Source of the DNA: Phallusia mammillata
Taxonomy: Eukaryota
NCBI GenBank assembly: GCA_965637545.1
Contig: OZ281497.1
Location: 15,314,001-15,378,000, forward strand
Direction of reading: 5' to 3'
DNA: 64,000 bases
Each line of letters begins with the position of its first letter. Position 1 is the first letter of the stretch. A program made the translations under genes and the position numbers. Of this stretch, positions 28,026 to 39,778 are shown one piece after another. The notes beneath the pieces were generated by a model, which saw nothing but the letters and a program-made list of their open reading frames with translations, made no database searches and had not been told where the DNA came from.

Positions 28026-30635
28026 ATTTAAGGTGAACTAAATTTTTGGATTGTGATGAAAAAGAATAACATATGGTGTCTTTGAGTGTTGCTTACTGAT
28101 TTGACAAGTTCTTGCAACGAATGTTACGGGTGTGTCAAACTAAATTCAAAGAATATATTCAACAGTTAGGTTTAGCTTTTGTAATTATAACAGAAGTATA
28201 TTTGAAATAATTTAAAACTTGTTACAAAAAAAATAGTTTTTAATCTGCCATACATTTTTAATTATAATTGTAAAAAAAGTTTACAGGTGGTAGGTGTAGT
28301 CATTTGTATATATTACGTATGTTTCACCTGTTTCACTTGGTTATATTGCCCCCTAAGTGGTTGTACGTCTAGCCACCCAGCCACTTCAACTAAAAATTAA
28401 ATATGAAATAAATCTCTAAACTGATATCCCAGCTTTGTGTTAAGTTTGATTCGATAGTCCCACAGGCTATTCCTAAATTTTTCATACAGCGAGTCAAAAT
28501 TATCAATTTATTACAATAAATTTACACAGATTGTGTAATGTGACATCAGAATATAGCAAAATCCATAGAAAACACAAGTTTTCGCACGAACTGGATTGCA
28601 GTGTTTCGGATCATGGGGATAAAAATGGGGCGAAATTAGCGCGAATTTTGCATTGCGCCTTATGGGGCCGATTTATAAAATGATTAATTTGCATACCTTT
28701 GCGGTGTTTGATTTTGCAAATTCTGCAAAATTTCGAATAAATATATAACTACGCTCAACTTATGATGTTTAAATGGAACTGATGAACATGAGATAGAGTT
28801 TAAATCAGGTTTTAGCGGGTAAATTTTCCAGTAGATAAACATGTAGCCTACTTAAGTCCTGAAAGATACGAAGGTTGTGATGCATATTCATCTAAAATTG
28901 GAATAAATAGTTTGACTATGTTCCTCCAACGTCAAAAAAGTGATGACGTAATAGTGACGTCATTCTTTACATGCTGTATTTTGACATTAAAAGCTTTTGA
29001 CAGTACCTTATAAGGTATTGTACAACCTTTTACTCTGCTTATCATTTTATTATCATTTCTTCGACACTTTTCAGTCATAAATATATTTTTTGCACCAATC
29101 AAGGACTATATATCATGTTTATTACAAGAATTACTATGTGAAACACAACAGCAAATCACTTTTTGAAAAAAGTCAGTATGAACAAATACAACTAAAATTG
29201 TTACATGCAACAACCAATAGAAAACAAAATTGGAAAAGATTCTTCAACTAATTCACCTGGACAGCATAAAAGCAAAGATTTGTTTTGTGAAAAATTTAAT
29301 TTCAATGATGGTATTTTTATTTGTTTAATTTAATCTCAGCTGATACTTCCCAGTTCTCATAATACATGTTATATGAGGATATCATGAGTAAAATTTTCCA
29401 AGTGATTCTATTGAGGATATAAATTAACATGTAAGGATTATCTGCAATTTTCAAACCTTGTTTTTTTATAAAAAAGCTGTTTCATAAAATCGAAAAAGTC
29501 ACAACTTCAGCAAGAACACAGCATTGCATGATATGGCTGTTTGTAGCTTCATAAACGGAAGCACAGTAGTTACATGAAGTCCAAAGCATCTAGTGTCAGT
29601 GTACTAAATGTCAGAAAATTACATTAACCAATTAAAACAAACAATGTATTTTGCTTTTTTGTCATGTTATGCATCATTATTTTATGTCAATAATAGTGTC
29701 AATAATAAGCTTAGTATCAGAAAATACAAAATAAAACACTGCCATTTATGTTTCCCTTTCTTTGTCTTCATGCCTGTTGGTATTGTAAGCCAGGTGCCAT
29801 CTATCCAACCAGGTTGGGTATGATGTTTCTTCTTTGGTAAGGATACTTTAAAATCAGGGTCTTTTTAATTTTAAAGCCCAATCATCCAACAGTTTCTTCA
29901 TTATTAAGGTGAACGTAACTGGTCATTTTTTTAGTTTTCACTATTTTAAGCTGCAAGTTTATGTGCACACGTAGTTATCTTATCATAGAACTGTTAAACG
30001 TATTGTTACTTTTCATAGGTTTGCACTTTCCTTTTTCAAGAAGATAAAAATACAAAGAGTTTAAAAAGTATAATTTTGACAATTCAAACTGCTTTGGTTA
30101 ACACTTTTAAATTTTTTAAATATCTGTGCAGAAAACATTTATATTGCTTAAAACTGTCGGGATTATTCATATTTACTACATTTTATCATCAATAAGATTA
30201 GTTTTGAAAACATATTTTCGCAAATTTGCTAGCAAACGATCATTTTCGCCCAACTAGTGTCAATAAAAGAGCTTTCCTGCAAAGATTGTGCGTTGCCCAG
30301 CAACCAATGACGTCACTTTTACGTCACATTTAAATTTTCTTGTCAGCAAGGCAATTTAGAAATAAAAAATATTTGGGCGTTAAAGCAGGTTATTAAAAAA
30401 ACACCAAAAACCATATCCTTTGCGTTGTTAAAACCGTGCAAAGTCGCCCCATTTCACGCCCCGTGAATTCTCGTGCGACAACTTGTGTTTGATAGAGAGA
30501 CATTTGAGAATATAGTGTAGCGTATATTCAAACTACACGCGACTCGCGACAGTACTTGCGTTGTTGGATTGAGTGCGCGCATCATTCGAATTAGTGTCTC
30601 GCAACAAACAGACGTAAAACAAGGCGTGTCTACAA

Positions 30636-31864
30636 TAGGGTTGCCATACGTCAGGATTTTCCCTGACATGTCAGGGAATTTAGTGTTTAAATCTGCGTCA
30701 GGGAGAAATGTTATAAAATGTACTTAAAAGTCAGGAATTTAAGAAAAAAATATATACTGTGAAATTAATGTACCAACGGAGAAAGTTTCTTGTAGTTAGC
30801 TACAACCGCGTCTATACCATGAAACGTAAAAAGGTAAACTGCAGGCGGCGCGCAGGTTGACGTACAGGGTTACTGTCTCGTTTTGCAGCGTAATACCTGT
30901 TTGTTAACTGGTTATCTGACAATACGCGTTAGTTACACACACAAAATCTGCGTCTTAAGAAAACACAGCATTAGATGCCACGTGGGAAATTTCATTTGCT
31001 TTTACTGTGTACCTAATATGCAAGGAACTGACTAACAACAAAAAGTCGAATGTCGTGAGACATAAAAACGTTTTACATTGGGATTTTATTTCAAATTTAA
31101 AAAGGTCTTTGTGGCTGCCAGTGTCTTTTTTCTGTGTAAAATTGATCTGAATGGTTTTTAGAGTGGTAAGGGTTGGCGGCCCCTGATATATGTGCTTAAT
31201 TATTGTTTCAAGGATAGTAAGAGTACGTGAGCCCAATAACCTTACTCGAGGAAGCATACGAAAATGTTAATTGTCATGGATCAGAGTATCGTATACGTTT
31301 TCTCGTATCGCCGTCCGTGTGACTTCTGAATATTCTAAATTTATTCCGGAATAAAAGTGTTTAGATCGCAAAAGGTTGACGCAGCGGTTCTCAAACTGAA
31401 GTCTGCGGTCCTTTAGGTTTAGGGGTATGTGAGGCAATTTTGCGGCGACCGCGATGAGGTGGAAGTAATTCAATATTCTTATTTGGCGTCAGTTTGTGCA
31501 ACTGAATAAGTTTAAATCAAAGTGAAAGTGAGAATCGTCCGTCTCCATTGCTAAACAATAAGCTGTATTGTATGACAACTAACAAAAATGCAATTGTTAG
31601 CGCACAATTGGAATGTTTTTTTGTCTTGTCTGTGATGTCAGACTTGGATCATTCTTATGCGCAATTTTGCATAACTAGCTAAAATACTGTAATCAACTTT
31701 CGTTTTTCTGAAATACACCATTCAGGCTTAAGGACCGCGAGCCCTCGAAATAATGGCAAAGGGATCGTTTAGAGAAAATAACGAAAAAGTTTGAAAACCA
31801 CTGGGTTAACGCAACTGAGATCAATTTTGTCAGGGATTGTGTATCATAAAATATGGCAACCCTA
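30636..31864. mobile_element. hAT element with a nested hAT (31382-31803)
   Basis: TIRs TAGGGTTGCCATA / TATGGCAACCCTA with TSD (G/A)TCTACAA. Nested element CAGCGGTTCTCAAAC...GTTTGAAAACCACTG with TSD GGTT(G/A)ACG. Confidence 0.85.
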
Positions 31865-32037
31865 ATCTACAATAGCATTAGTTTTACAATAGCATGAGTA
31901 TTACAGCTGGTGGGTTAAAAAGTTTAGTCTCTGCCATTACCACCTAACTGCGTTTAATTTGTACGATTTGTTTTAACAAACGGTAACTATTTCTGTTTTA
32001 TATCAATCAAATCAGATATTTAAACACAGCTTAAGCG

Positions 32038-34653
32038 ATGAGTCGAATCAACTCCAATTGTTGTGTTTTTCTAATTGTTCTTAATCACGCAACAATTTTC
32101 ATTCCAATGGGTTTGAATTTAGTTGCCTTAAATCCATCCACTCCTGCCATTGAAGTGTTTGTCAATGAAACATTTCAGGTATTGCAATATCTAATAAAGT
32201 AATAATCAAAGATCCTTGTTGTCTTACAGCTGTTGCTTTTAACTCAGGGGTGGGGAACCTGCGGCCTAAAGACTACTAAAGCTTATGGCTCAACAATCTT
32301 ATTTATGTGACAATTAACCAATTGTTTGCGCATAATGCAATATTTTAGATGTCTGTGATATGTAACAAACGTATCTTAGAATAGATCATAGGTATGCACA
32401 AAAACGGATCTGTAGGTAAAACAAATCCTGAATCTTATAGTGGGAAATTTATTTAGGTTTAACATTGCATTCAGCTTTGATCGTGCTATTTGAAAAAAAC
32501 TACAAAAGACCATTATGTAAATAAAAATTTTTGGAAACCACTGTTTCACACCTGAGAAATAGACAATGCGGCCTACACGAGTGTCGACAAAACGTTGGGT
32601 GGCCTTTATGAATCAAAAGGTTCCCCACCCCTGTTTTAACTGATTATATCTGCCCAGTGCAACTTTGTGTATTATAATGCAGTGTCTAGTCTAGTATTTT
32701 TGTTTAGTTAAGATACAACACTACTTCAACAGTGGATGAAAATACCCTAATTGTAACATTAGCTCAATCAATGCTGGTTGTTGGTGCAGCAATGGGCTCC
32801 ATTTCTACTCATCTTTGGGCAAAATATTTCCGGTACTTTTCTGTTTTATCAATTCTGCTTGATGTTTTTAAAAAGCCTAAAACACGTTTTAACAAAATCC
32901 TCTTACTTTTAGTCGCAGAACGGGAGTCATCATTGTACATCTCCTTTCGTTATCCTCAGCAATATTAATGTCAATTATAGCTTACCTTTTTCATTCTTAT
33001 GAAGCATTGATCATAGGTCGTTGGGTTAATGGCCTTGCTAGGGGTTTAGGATTTTGTCTTGGTCCATTGTATGTTGCTGAGATAACTAGTCGAAAAACAC
33101 TTGGTTTCTACCAAAGTCCTCTTGGATGGATTGTACAACTAAGTGCAGTACTTGGCAATGTAATAGCTCATCCAAACGTCCTTGGTGGGGTTTTCACTTG
33201 GCCATACGCAATGGCAATTCCTGGTTTGTTTTCTGTATTGTATTTGTGTTTCGTGCCTTGGATTCCAGATACCATACCCCACCACATAAATGTGGAAAAG
33301 CGCACTGGGGTTGAAATTGATGGAGAAAACCCTATGACAAGACGTTCGTTTCTACTACTTGAAAAATTACGCTCTGAAAAGGGCCCGGGCTTAATAAAAG
33401 AATACGAAGACATACAATCGGAGATTGCTGCCGATAATCGTGTAGAAGGGGCTTCATTGCGTACTATTCTGGCTATCGGAACTTACCGTAGGCAGGTGAT
33501 GGCTGCTATCGTGGTCCAATTCAGCTTGCAGGCATCAGGAATACAAGCTGTGCAGCAGTACACCAACAGCATTTTTGAAAGTGCGGGAGTGCACCCTGAA
33601 AACTCTACATACTACACTATAGGTATGTTGATATAACAAAAGTTTGCCACGCATTTCGCATAACACTTGCATCTTTTTTTATTATAGGAACTCTAATACT
33701 AATGGGGCTTGCTGTGTTCGCTTCCACGGGGCTTCTAACACGATTTGGCACCAAGCGAATGCTTGTTATTGGTCTAACAATTGTTGTATGTGCCTTAACA
33801 CTTTTAACCATTTCAACAACCAACAGCTCCAACTCTTCAAATATTCTGGGAGTTATCAGTGTCGCTTTGTTTGCGATCGGCGTTGGAATCGGTCCCATGC
33901 TTACAATGGTGACTTATCCGTCGGAACTAACCACTGTGGTTTCTCGACCCAACGCCATGTGGTTGGCTAGTGTAGTTTTTTGGGTAACTGGTGGTCTTGT
34001 GTCGTTTATCTTTCCCTACAGTTTGGAGCTTCTTGGTGGATACGCGTACATTCCTTTCACAGTACTAGTTATGTTGTCGGTAAGTGTATTTTTGTTCGCA
34101 ACAACTGACATTTGCTGATGTTTCAACTTAAGGATGTATGCACTACACTACACTATATACAAGCTCCAGGGCAGTTTGCCTTTCGTCGAGTTCACTGTTG
34201 TGAAAAAAGTTGGCGAAAAATGTTTGAAATTGCGATTGATAAGAGTTTCACATCGTAGCAGAATAATAGCATAGAATTCTTATACATCATGTGTAATTTG
34301 TTTTCGATGATCGTTTCGCAACATGTTTTGTATAGCAGGAAACATATAGCACAATTAGTTTATCCTTTTCTGAAAAATTTAAGAAAATGAATATACAAAG
34401 CACGCGTAGCTAATAAATAGAATATTTGACTGCATGCCAGCGTGCGAACATATATGTAACCGCTGTTTAAAAGACCAGCTTTCTGTTTAACTGAATTGTG
34501 TTCATTTCTTTTCAGGGTGTTTATGTCATCTTCTTTCTACCGGAAACACGAAATCGTTCAGCCCAAGATATTAAAACTTTTTTTGCGAAATCAAAACTCT
34601 CCAAGTCGACCACAGTCTCCTCTAAACATAGTACTGAACTTTTGCCCACATAA
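32038..34653 (+). CDS. SLC2/GLUT-like transporter 5
   Basis: Exons 32038-32178, 32708-32832, 32913-33622, 33688-34079 and 34516-34653; in frame; GRWVNG, PLYVAEI, QFSLQASGIQ, PETRNRS. Confidence 0.9.
32245..32633. mobile_element. hAT MITE in intron 1 of SLC2-like 5
   Basis: TIRs CAGGGGTGGGGAACC / GGTTCCCCACCCCTG; TSD TTTTAACT; absent from gene 7 (empty site near 50273). Confidence 0.92.
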
Positions 34654-34890
34654 ACCATTTCAAAGACTGATAAGTTGTAAATGGTGCACGATTCACAACT
34701 TCGTTCCACGATTTTTAAAGTCTTTTGCATTTTTTTCACAATTTTACTACTATTGGTGCAACTTGGTTTGAAAGTGTCTTAGACATGTAATTTATATTCC
34801 CTGCTTGTGAAATAGCATTTGGAATAAAACTTTATTCAAACTTTTTAAACATTTGTGTTTTTCATATTTCTTTTAGTTCGTACTTTAGCA

Positions 34891-35107
34891 CAGGGGTCGG
34901 AAACCTTTTTTCTCCTGCGGACCGTTTTTGAAACGGAAATTTTATCGCGGACCAGCCTTGCAGAAACTACAAGTATTGAGAAATGAAAACGTCTAAATTA
35001 GTTTATCATTCCCGGTGTGCATGGGCAAAATGTTTTGAAGCATTTAATTTGTAAAAGTATACGGCCCGGTGACGAAATAGTCGCGGACCGGCGGTTGCCG
35101 ACCACTG
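34891..35107. mobile_element. hAT MITE
   Basis: Ends CAGGGGTCGG / CCGACCACTG; TSD CTT(T/C)AGCA; empty site near 52531. Confidence 0.8.
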
Positions 35108-36160
35108 CTTCAGCACCCTGTATTCTATTGCACCTATAGTTACAAGTTTGGTAAAATGTGCTGCGTTTTTACTCATCATAACGCACAAGCGTATTAATTA
35201 AACAATTTCCCGTACTAAACCACATGGTTTGAATGTTACGTACATCTTAGCCTATACTGCATTTATTTATATTATCATGGAAATTTTGAATGTTTTCGCA
35301 TTGGCGTCCTTAATTGCAACCAATCCAATGGTACTGTTTTGTGTTTTAGGATCTCTTTTTATTTAAAACATATCTACCGTACCACAGCCTTGCGTAATTT
35401 AAAGATGCAATTTTATATCTGTCTCTTCAGCATTTGTCGGTCTCTCTTAATAGCCTTCATAGTTTCGTGCAATTTAAATTCAGTTGTCTAACTAAATTAA
35501 TACAATTTTCACCAAAAATGTACAAGTTCTAGTTTTGTATGAATTGAGCCCTAAACAGTTATCAATTCGCTGCCCGCTTTACAACGTGGTCCTTAAAAAA
35601 TCCGTAAATTACACATTTGGATGGCATCGACAAACTTTTAGGTTGTTGCGTTATAGAGGTATTTTAGAACAACGCCACATAAATGTAATAAAACCGACTC
35701 GAGTGGTTTTGAGTATATAGAAGCCTAAACGACTTATGTATAGTGCCTCGGTTGCCAAGTCTAGCTGTAGGCTACATTGGGACTTTCCATCAATGGTTGT
35801 AAAAGCCAGGACGTTAAGGAAAACCAACGTTAGAAGACTACAGAACATAGTGGTTGTTTTTTTGTTAAATTGTTTAAATCCATTTGAAAAGTTTCTCTGC
35901 GGTGATAGGCCAGTGATATCCTGTTGACTACTAATGATCAGTCGGTCGATCGCCTGTCCGGCACGTGGCAACTTTTTGCCCGATCTGATTTGACCGTGCA
36001 TGGGCGATGATAAGCAGGACAACTTCATGGTAAACAGAAGTTTACATCAGTACTAAATGTGGTAATCCGAATTTATTTTTATCAATTGCATAGCACATAT
36101 CAACGAGTTTGTAATTAGGCCCCAAAAAACGCAAATTGTTCGAACATTGATCTGCGTAAT

Positions 36161-36288
36161 GCCGAAGGTCATGCATGACCTGTGGATAGCAGGAATGTCT
36201 TCTGGATAACTGCAATACTGATGGTGTCGGTGGTGTTCTCTTCCCATATGCTCCTTCGGCCATAGGTGGATTTGCTTACATTCTCATG
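36161..36288 (+). pseudogene. relic of SLC2-like 3/4-type exon 4 (3' third)
   Basis: Degenerate match to ATGTGGATGGCAGGAAACG...GGATTTGCTTACATT plus the splice donor, followed by gene-4-like intron sequence. Confidence 0.8.
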
Positions 36289-38380
36289 GTAACTTTCCAC
36301 CCATCTGTGTAAGCCTATGCTAGCCTAGTTATGCATGAAAACAAAATAGTCAGTAGGCTACTTGTGTAAAAGCATAATAGATGTTCCAGTGGTGAAAGTT
36401 GAACACGCACTGGCTTACACCAAGAGCCATATCCCTATTCCGGTTTGCGCAACTTGTTTTTTGGCTGTTTTTTTTTTCAGAACGTCCCAAGTTGAACGCC
36501 AAGAGGCCCAGATTGGCATGATTAAACAAAATAGCGCACATTGCTATTTACAGTTTTGTCTGGAATTGCAAGATTCAATACTAAAACAGCCGGTCAAAAT
36601 TTCTTTAGGGGGAAGGGGGCATGGTACGATGTCCCCCCTAAATACGCTAATGTGTGGAAGCAAATTATAAAATTACGCTCCACGCATTGGGGTTGAAAGC
36701 TCCGACAACTCATTTCTCATTGAAACAAAAACGATAATAACCTAATCGTGAGCATTTCCCACATTCAGCTTTGCATGTTGGGGAACTCCCCAAAACCTTA
36801 CACCAAAACTTAAAAAGTTCAACGTAGGTGCCTAAAGAAAAGCTGAGGAAATGATTCAACAACCAACAATCCCACAATCGTCACGTAACTGGTTATCCAT
36901 GTTAACATAATTACGTCAAAAAGACAATGGCGTGGTAAACATAAATCGGCCAAGCGGAACATGACAAATCAAAAGGCTTTTTCAAAAAGGCTGTGGTACG
37001 AGACATATCGATACATAGAATAGAACAGGGTTTTGACATTCTGTGATTTTTGTTGGAATGAGGTTTGTGTTGTTGTATTTGACACCTTTTAAAGTGTTGG
37101 TCATTCAAAAAGACGTTTGCTTTGTTCTACACGTCATAAGACAAAAATGTTGGCCTGGTTTTTAACTGTTTATTACGTTGGCCATAGTAATTGTTTTCTG
37201 TTACTAATTCCCCTCTTTTTTGTTGTGCACCAGTTTCCCCTTTATAGCAATTAACATAGATTTTGATGTTATGAATTTTGTACCAAACTTGCTTGTGGCA
37301 GGTCATTTAAGGTGAACTAAAAAATCGATTCACTGGATTGTGATGAGAAAGAATAACATGTGGTGTCTTTGAGTATTGCTTACTGATTTGACAAGTTCTT
37401 GCAACGAATGGTATGGGTGTGAAATTGTTCCGAATGGTTCAGGTTCTTGCACTGAATGGTTTCTAATCAGCCATACATTTTTGGCATCATATCTTTAAAT
37501 ATAATTGTTTAAAAAAACGTTAACAGATGGAGGGTGTAGTTAGTTGTATATATTACATAAGTTTCACCTGTTTCACTTTATTATATTGCCCCCTTAAGCA
37601 CCCAGCCACTTCAACCAAATAATAAATATATATGTATATATATATATACATCAAATAAATCTCTAAACTAATGTCTTAACTTTGTGTTAGGTTTTGATTC
37701 TATAGCCCCATAGGCTATTCCTAAATCTTTCATACAGAGAGTCAAGATTTTAATAAAATATCTTATTTGAATAAACTTACACAGATTGCATAATGTGCAT
37801 ATTGTGACACTAGAATATAGTATTAGTTTATATAGTATTAAGGCATTTCACCCGGTAGGTTGAAAACTTTGGTCTCTGTCATTACCACTAAACTGAGTTT
37901 AATTTGTGTAGACCCATGTGTTTCTGCCTGTTAAAAAAATTTGATCAATGTTGAACCCATCAGTAATCAAAGTACACCGATTTAAGTATATAGATAATAA
38001 TATGCGTAACAGGGTGATACAGTCAGTGCCCCACTAATTGCCTAGCAACCAATGACGTCACTTTTACGTCACATTTAAACTTTCTTGTCAGCAAGGCAAT
38101 TTAGAAATAAAAAATATTTGGGCGTTAAAGCAGGTTATTGAAAAAAACACCAAAAACCATATCCTTTGCGTTGTTAAAACCGTGCAAAGTCGCCCCATTT
38201 CACGCCCCGTGAATTCTCGTGCGACAACTTGTGTTTGATAGAGAGACTTTGAGAATATAGTGTTGCGTATATTCAAACTACACGCGACTCGCGACAGTAC
38301 TTGCGTTGTTGGATTGAGTGCGCGCATCATTCGAATTAGTGTCTCGCAATAAACGGACGTAAAACAAGGCGTGTCTACAA

Positions 38381-39605
38381 GGGTTGCCATACGTCAGGAT
38401 TTTCCCTGACATGTCAGGGAATTTAGTGTTTAAATCTGCGTCAGGGAGAAATGTTATAAAATGTACTTAAAAGTCAGGAATTTAAGAAAAAAATATATAC
38501 TATGAAATTAATGTACCAACGGAGAAAGTTTCTTGTAGTTAGCTACAACCGCGTCTATACCATGAAACGTAAAAAGGTAAACTGCAGGCGGCGCGCAGGT
38601 TGACGTACAGGGTTACTGTCTCGTTTTGCAGCGTAATACCTGTTTGTTAACTGGTTATCTGACAATACGCGTTAGTTACACACAAAAAAATCTGCGTCTT
38701 AAGAAAACACAGCATTTGATGCTACGTGGGAAATTTCATTTGCTTTAACTGTGTACCTAATATGCAAGGAACTGACTAACAACAAAAAGTCGAATGTCGT
38801 GAGACATAAAAACGTTTTACATTGGGATTTTATTTCAAATTTAAAAAGGTCTTTGTGGCTGCCAGTGTCTTTTTTCTGTGTAAAATTGATCTGAATGGTT
38901 TTTAGAGTGGTAATGGATGGCGGCCCCTGATATATGTGCTTATTGTTTCAAGGATAGTAAGAGTAAGTGAGCCCAATAACCTTACTCGAGGACGCCTACG
39001 CAAAAAGTTAATTGACATGGATCAGAGTATCGTATACGTTTTCTCGTATCGCCGTCCGTGTGACTTCTGAATATTCTAAATTTATTCCGGAATAAAAGTG
39101 TTTAGATCGCAAAAGGTTAACGCAGCGGTTCTCAAACTGAAGTCTGCGGTCCTTTGGGTTTAGGGGTATGTGAGGCAATTTTGCGGCGACCGCGATGAGG
39201 TGGAAGTAATTCTATCTTCTTATTTGGCGTCAGTTTGTGCAACTGAATAAGTTTAAATCAAAATGAAAGTGAGAATCGTCCGTCTCCATTGCTAAACAAT
39301 AAGCTGTATTGTATGACAACTAACAAAAATGCAATTGTTCGCGCACAATTGAAATGTTTTTTTGTCTTGTCTGTGATGTCAGACTTGGATCATTCTTATG
39401 CGCAATTTTCCATTACTAGCTAAAATACTGTAATCAACTTTCGTTTTTCTGAAATACACCATTCAGGCTTGAGGACCGCGAGCCCTCGAAATAATGGCAA
39501 AGGGATCGTTTAGAGAAAATAACGAAAAAGTTTGAAAATCACTGGGTTAACGCAACTGAGATCAATTTTGTCAGGGATTGTGTATCATAAAATATGGCAA
39601 CCCTA
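38381..39605. mobile_element. duplicated copy of the 30636-31864 hAT with its nested element
   Basis: Same sequence; left TIR lacks its first TA; right flank GTCTACAA. Confidence 0.85.
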
Positions 39606-39778
39606 GTCTACAATAGCATTAGTTTTACAATAGCATGAGTATTACAGCTGGTGGGTTAAAAAGTTTAGTCTCTGCCATTACCACCTAACTGCGTTTAATT
39701 TGTACGATTTGTTTTAACAAACGGTAACTATTTCTGTTTTATATCAATCAAATCAGATATTTAAACACAGCTTAAGCG

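Larger units (their letters stand above)
30293..36157. repeat. segmental duplication block, nearly identical to 38039-43880
   Basis: Collinear, near-identical introns, MITEs and flanks around SLC2-like 5 and 6. Confidence 0.9.

Noticed and set aside
30293-30304. RFX X-box-like motif TTGCCCAGCAAC (also near 38039)
   Set aside because: It lies within repeat-derived sequence over 1.7 kb from the gene, with no supporting context.
35200-36150. Possible relic gene in the triplicated segment downstream of genes 5, 6 and 7
   Set aside because: Reading frames are not conserved among the three copies and no motif was recognised; similarity is explained by the duplication itself.
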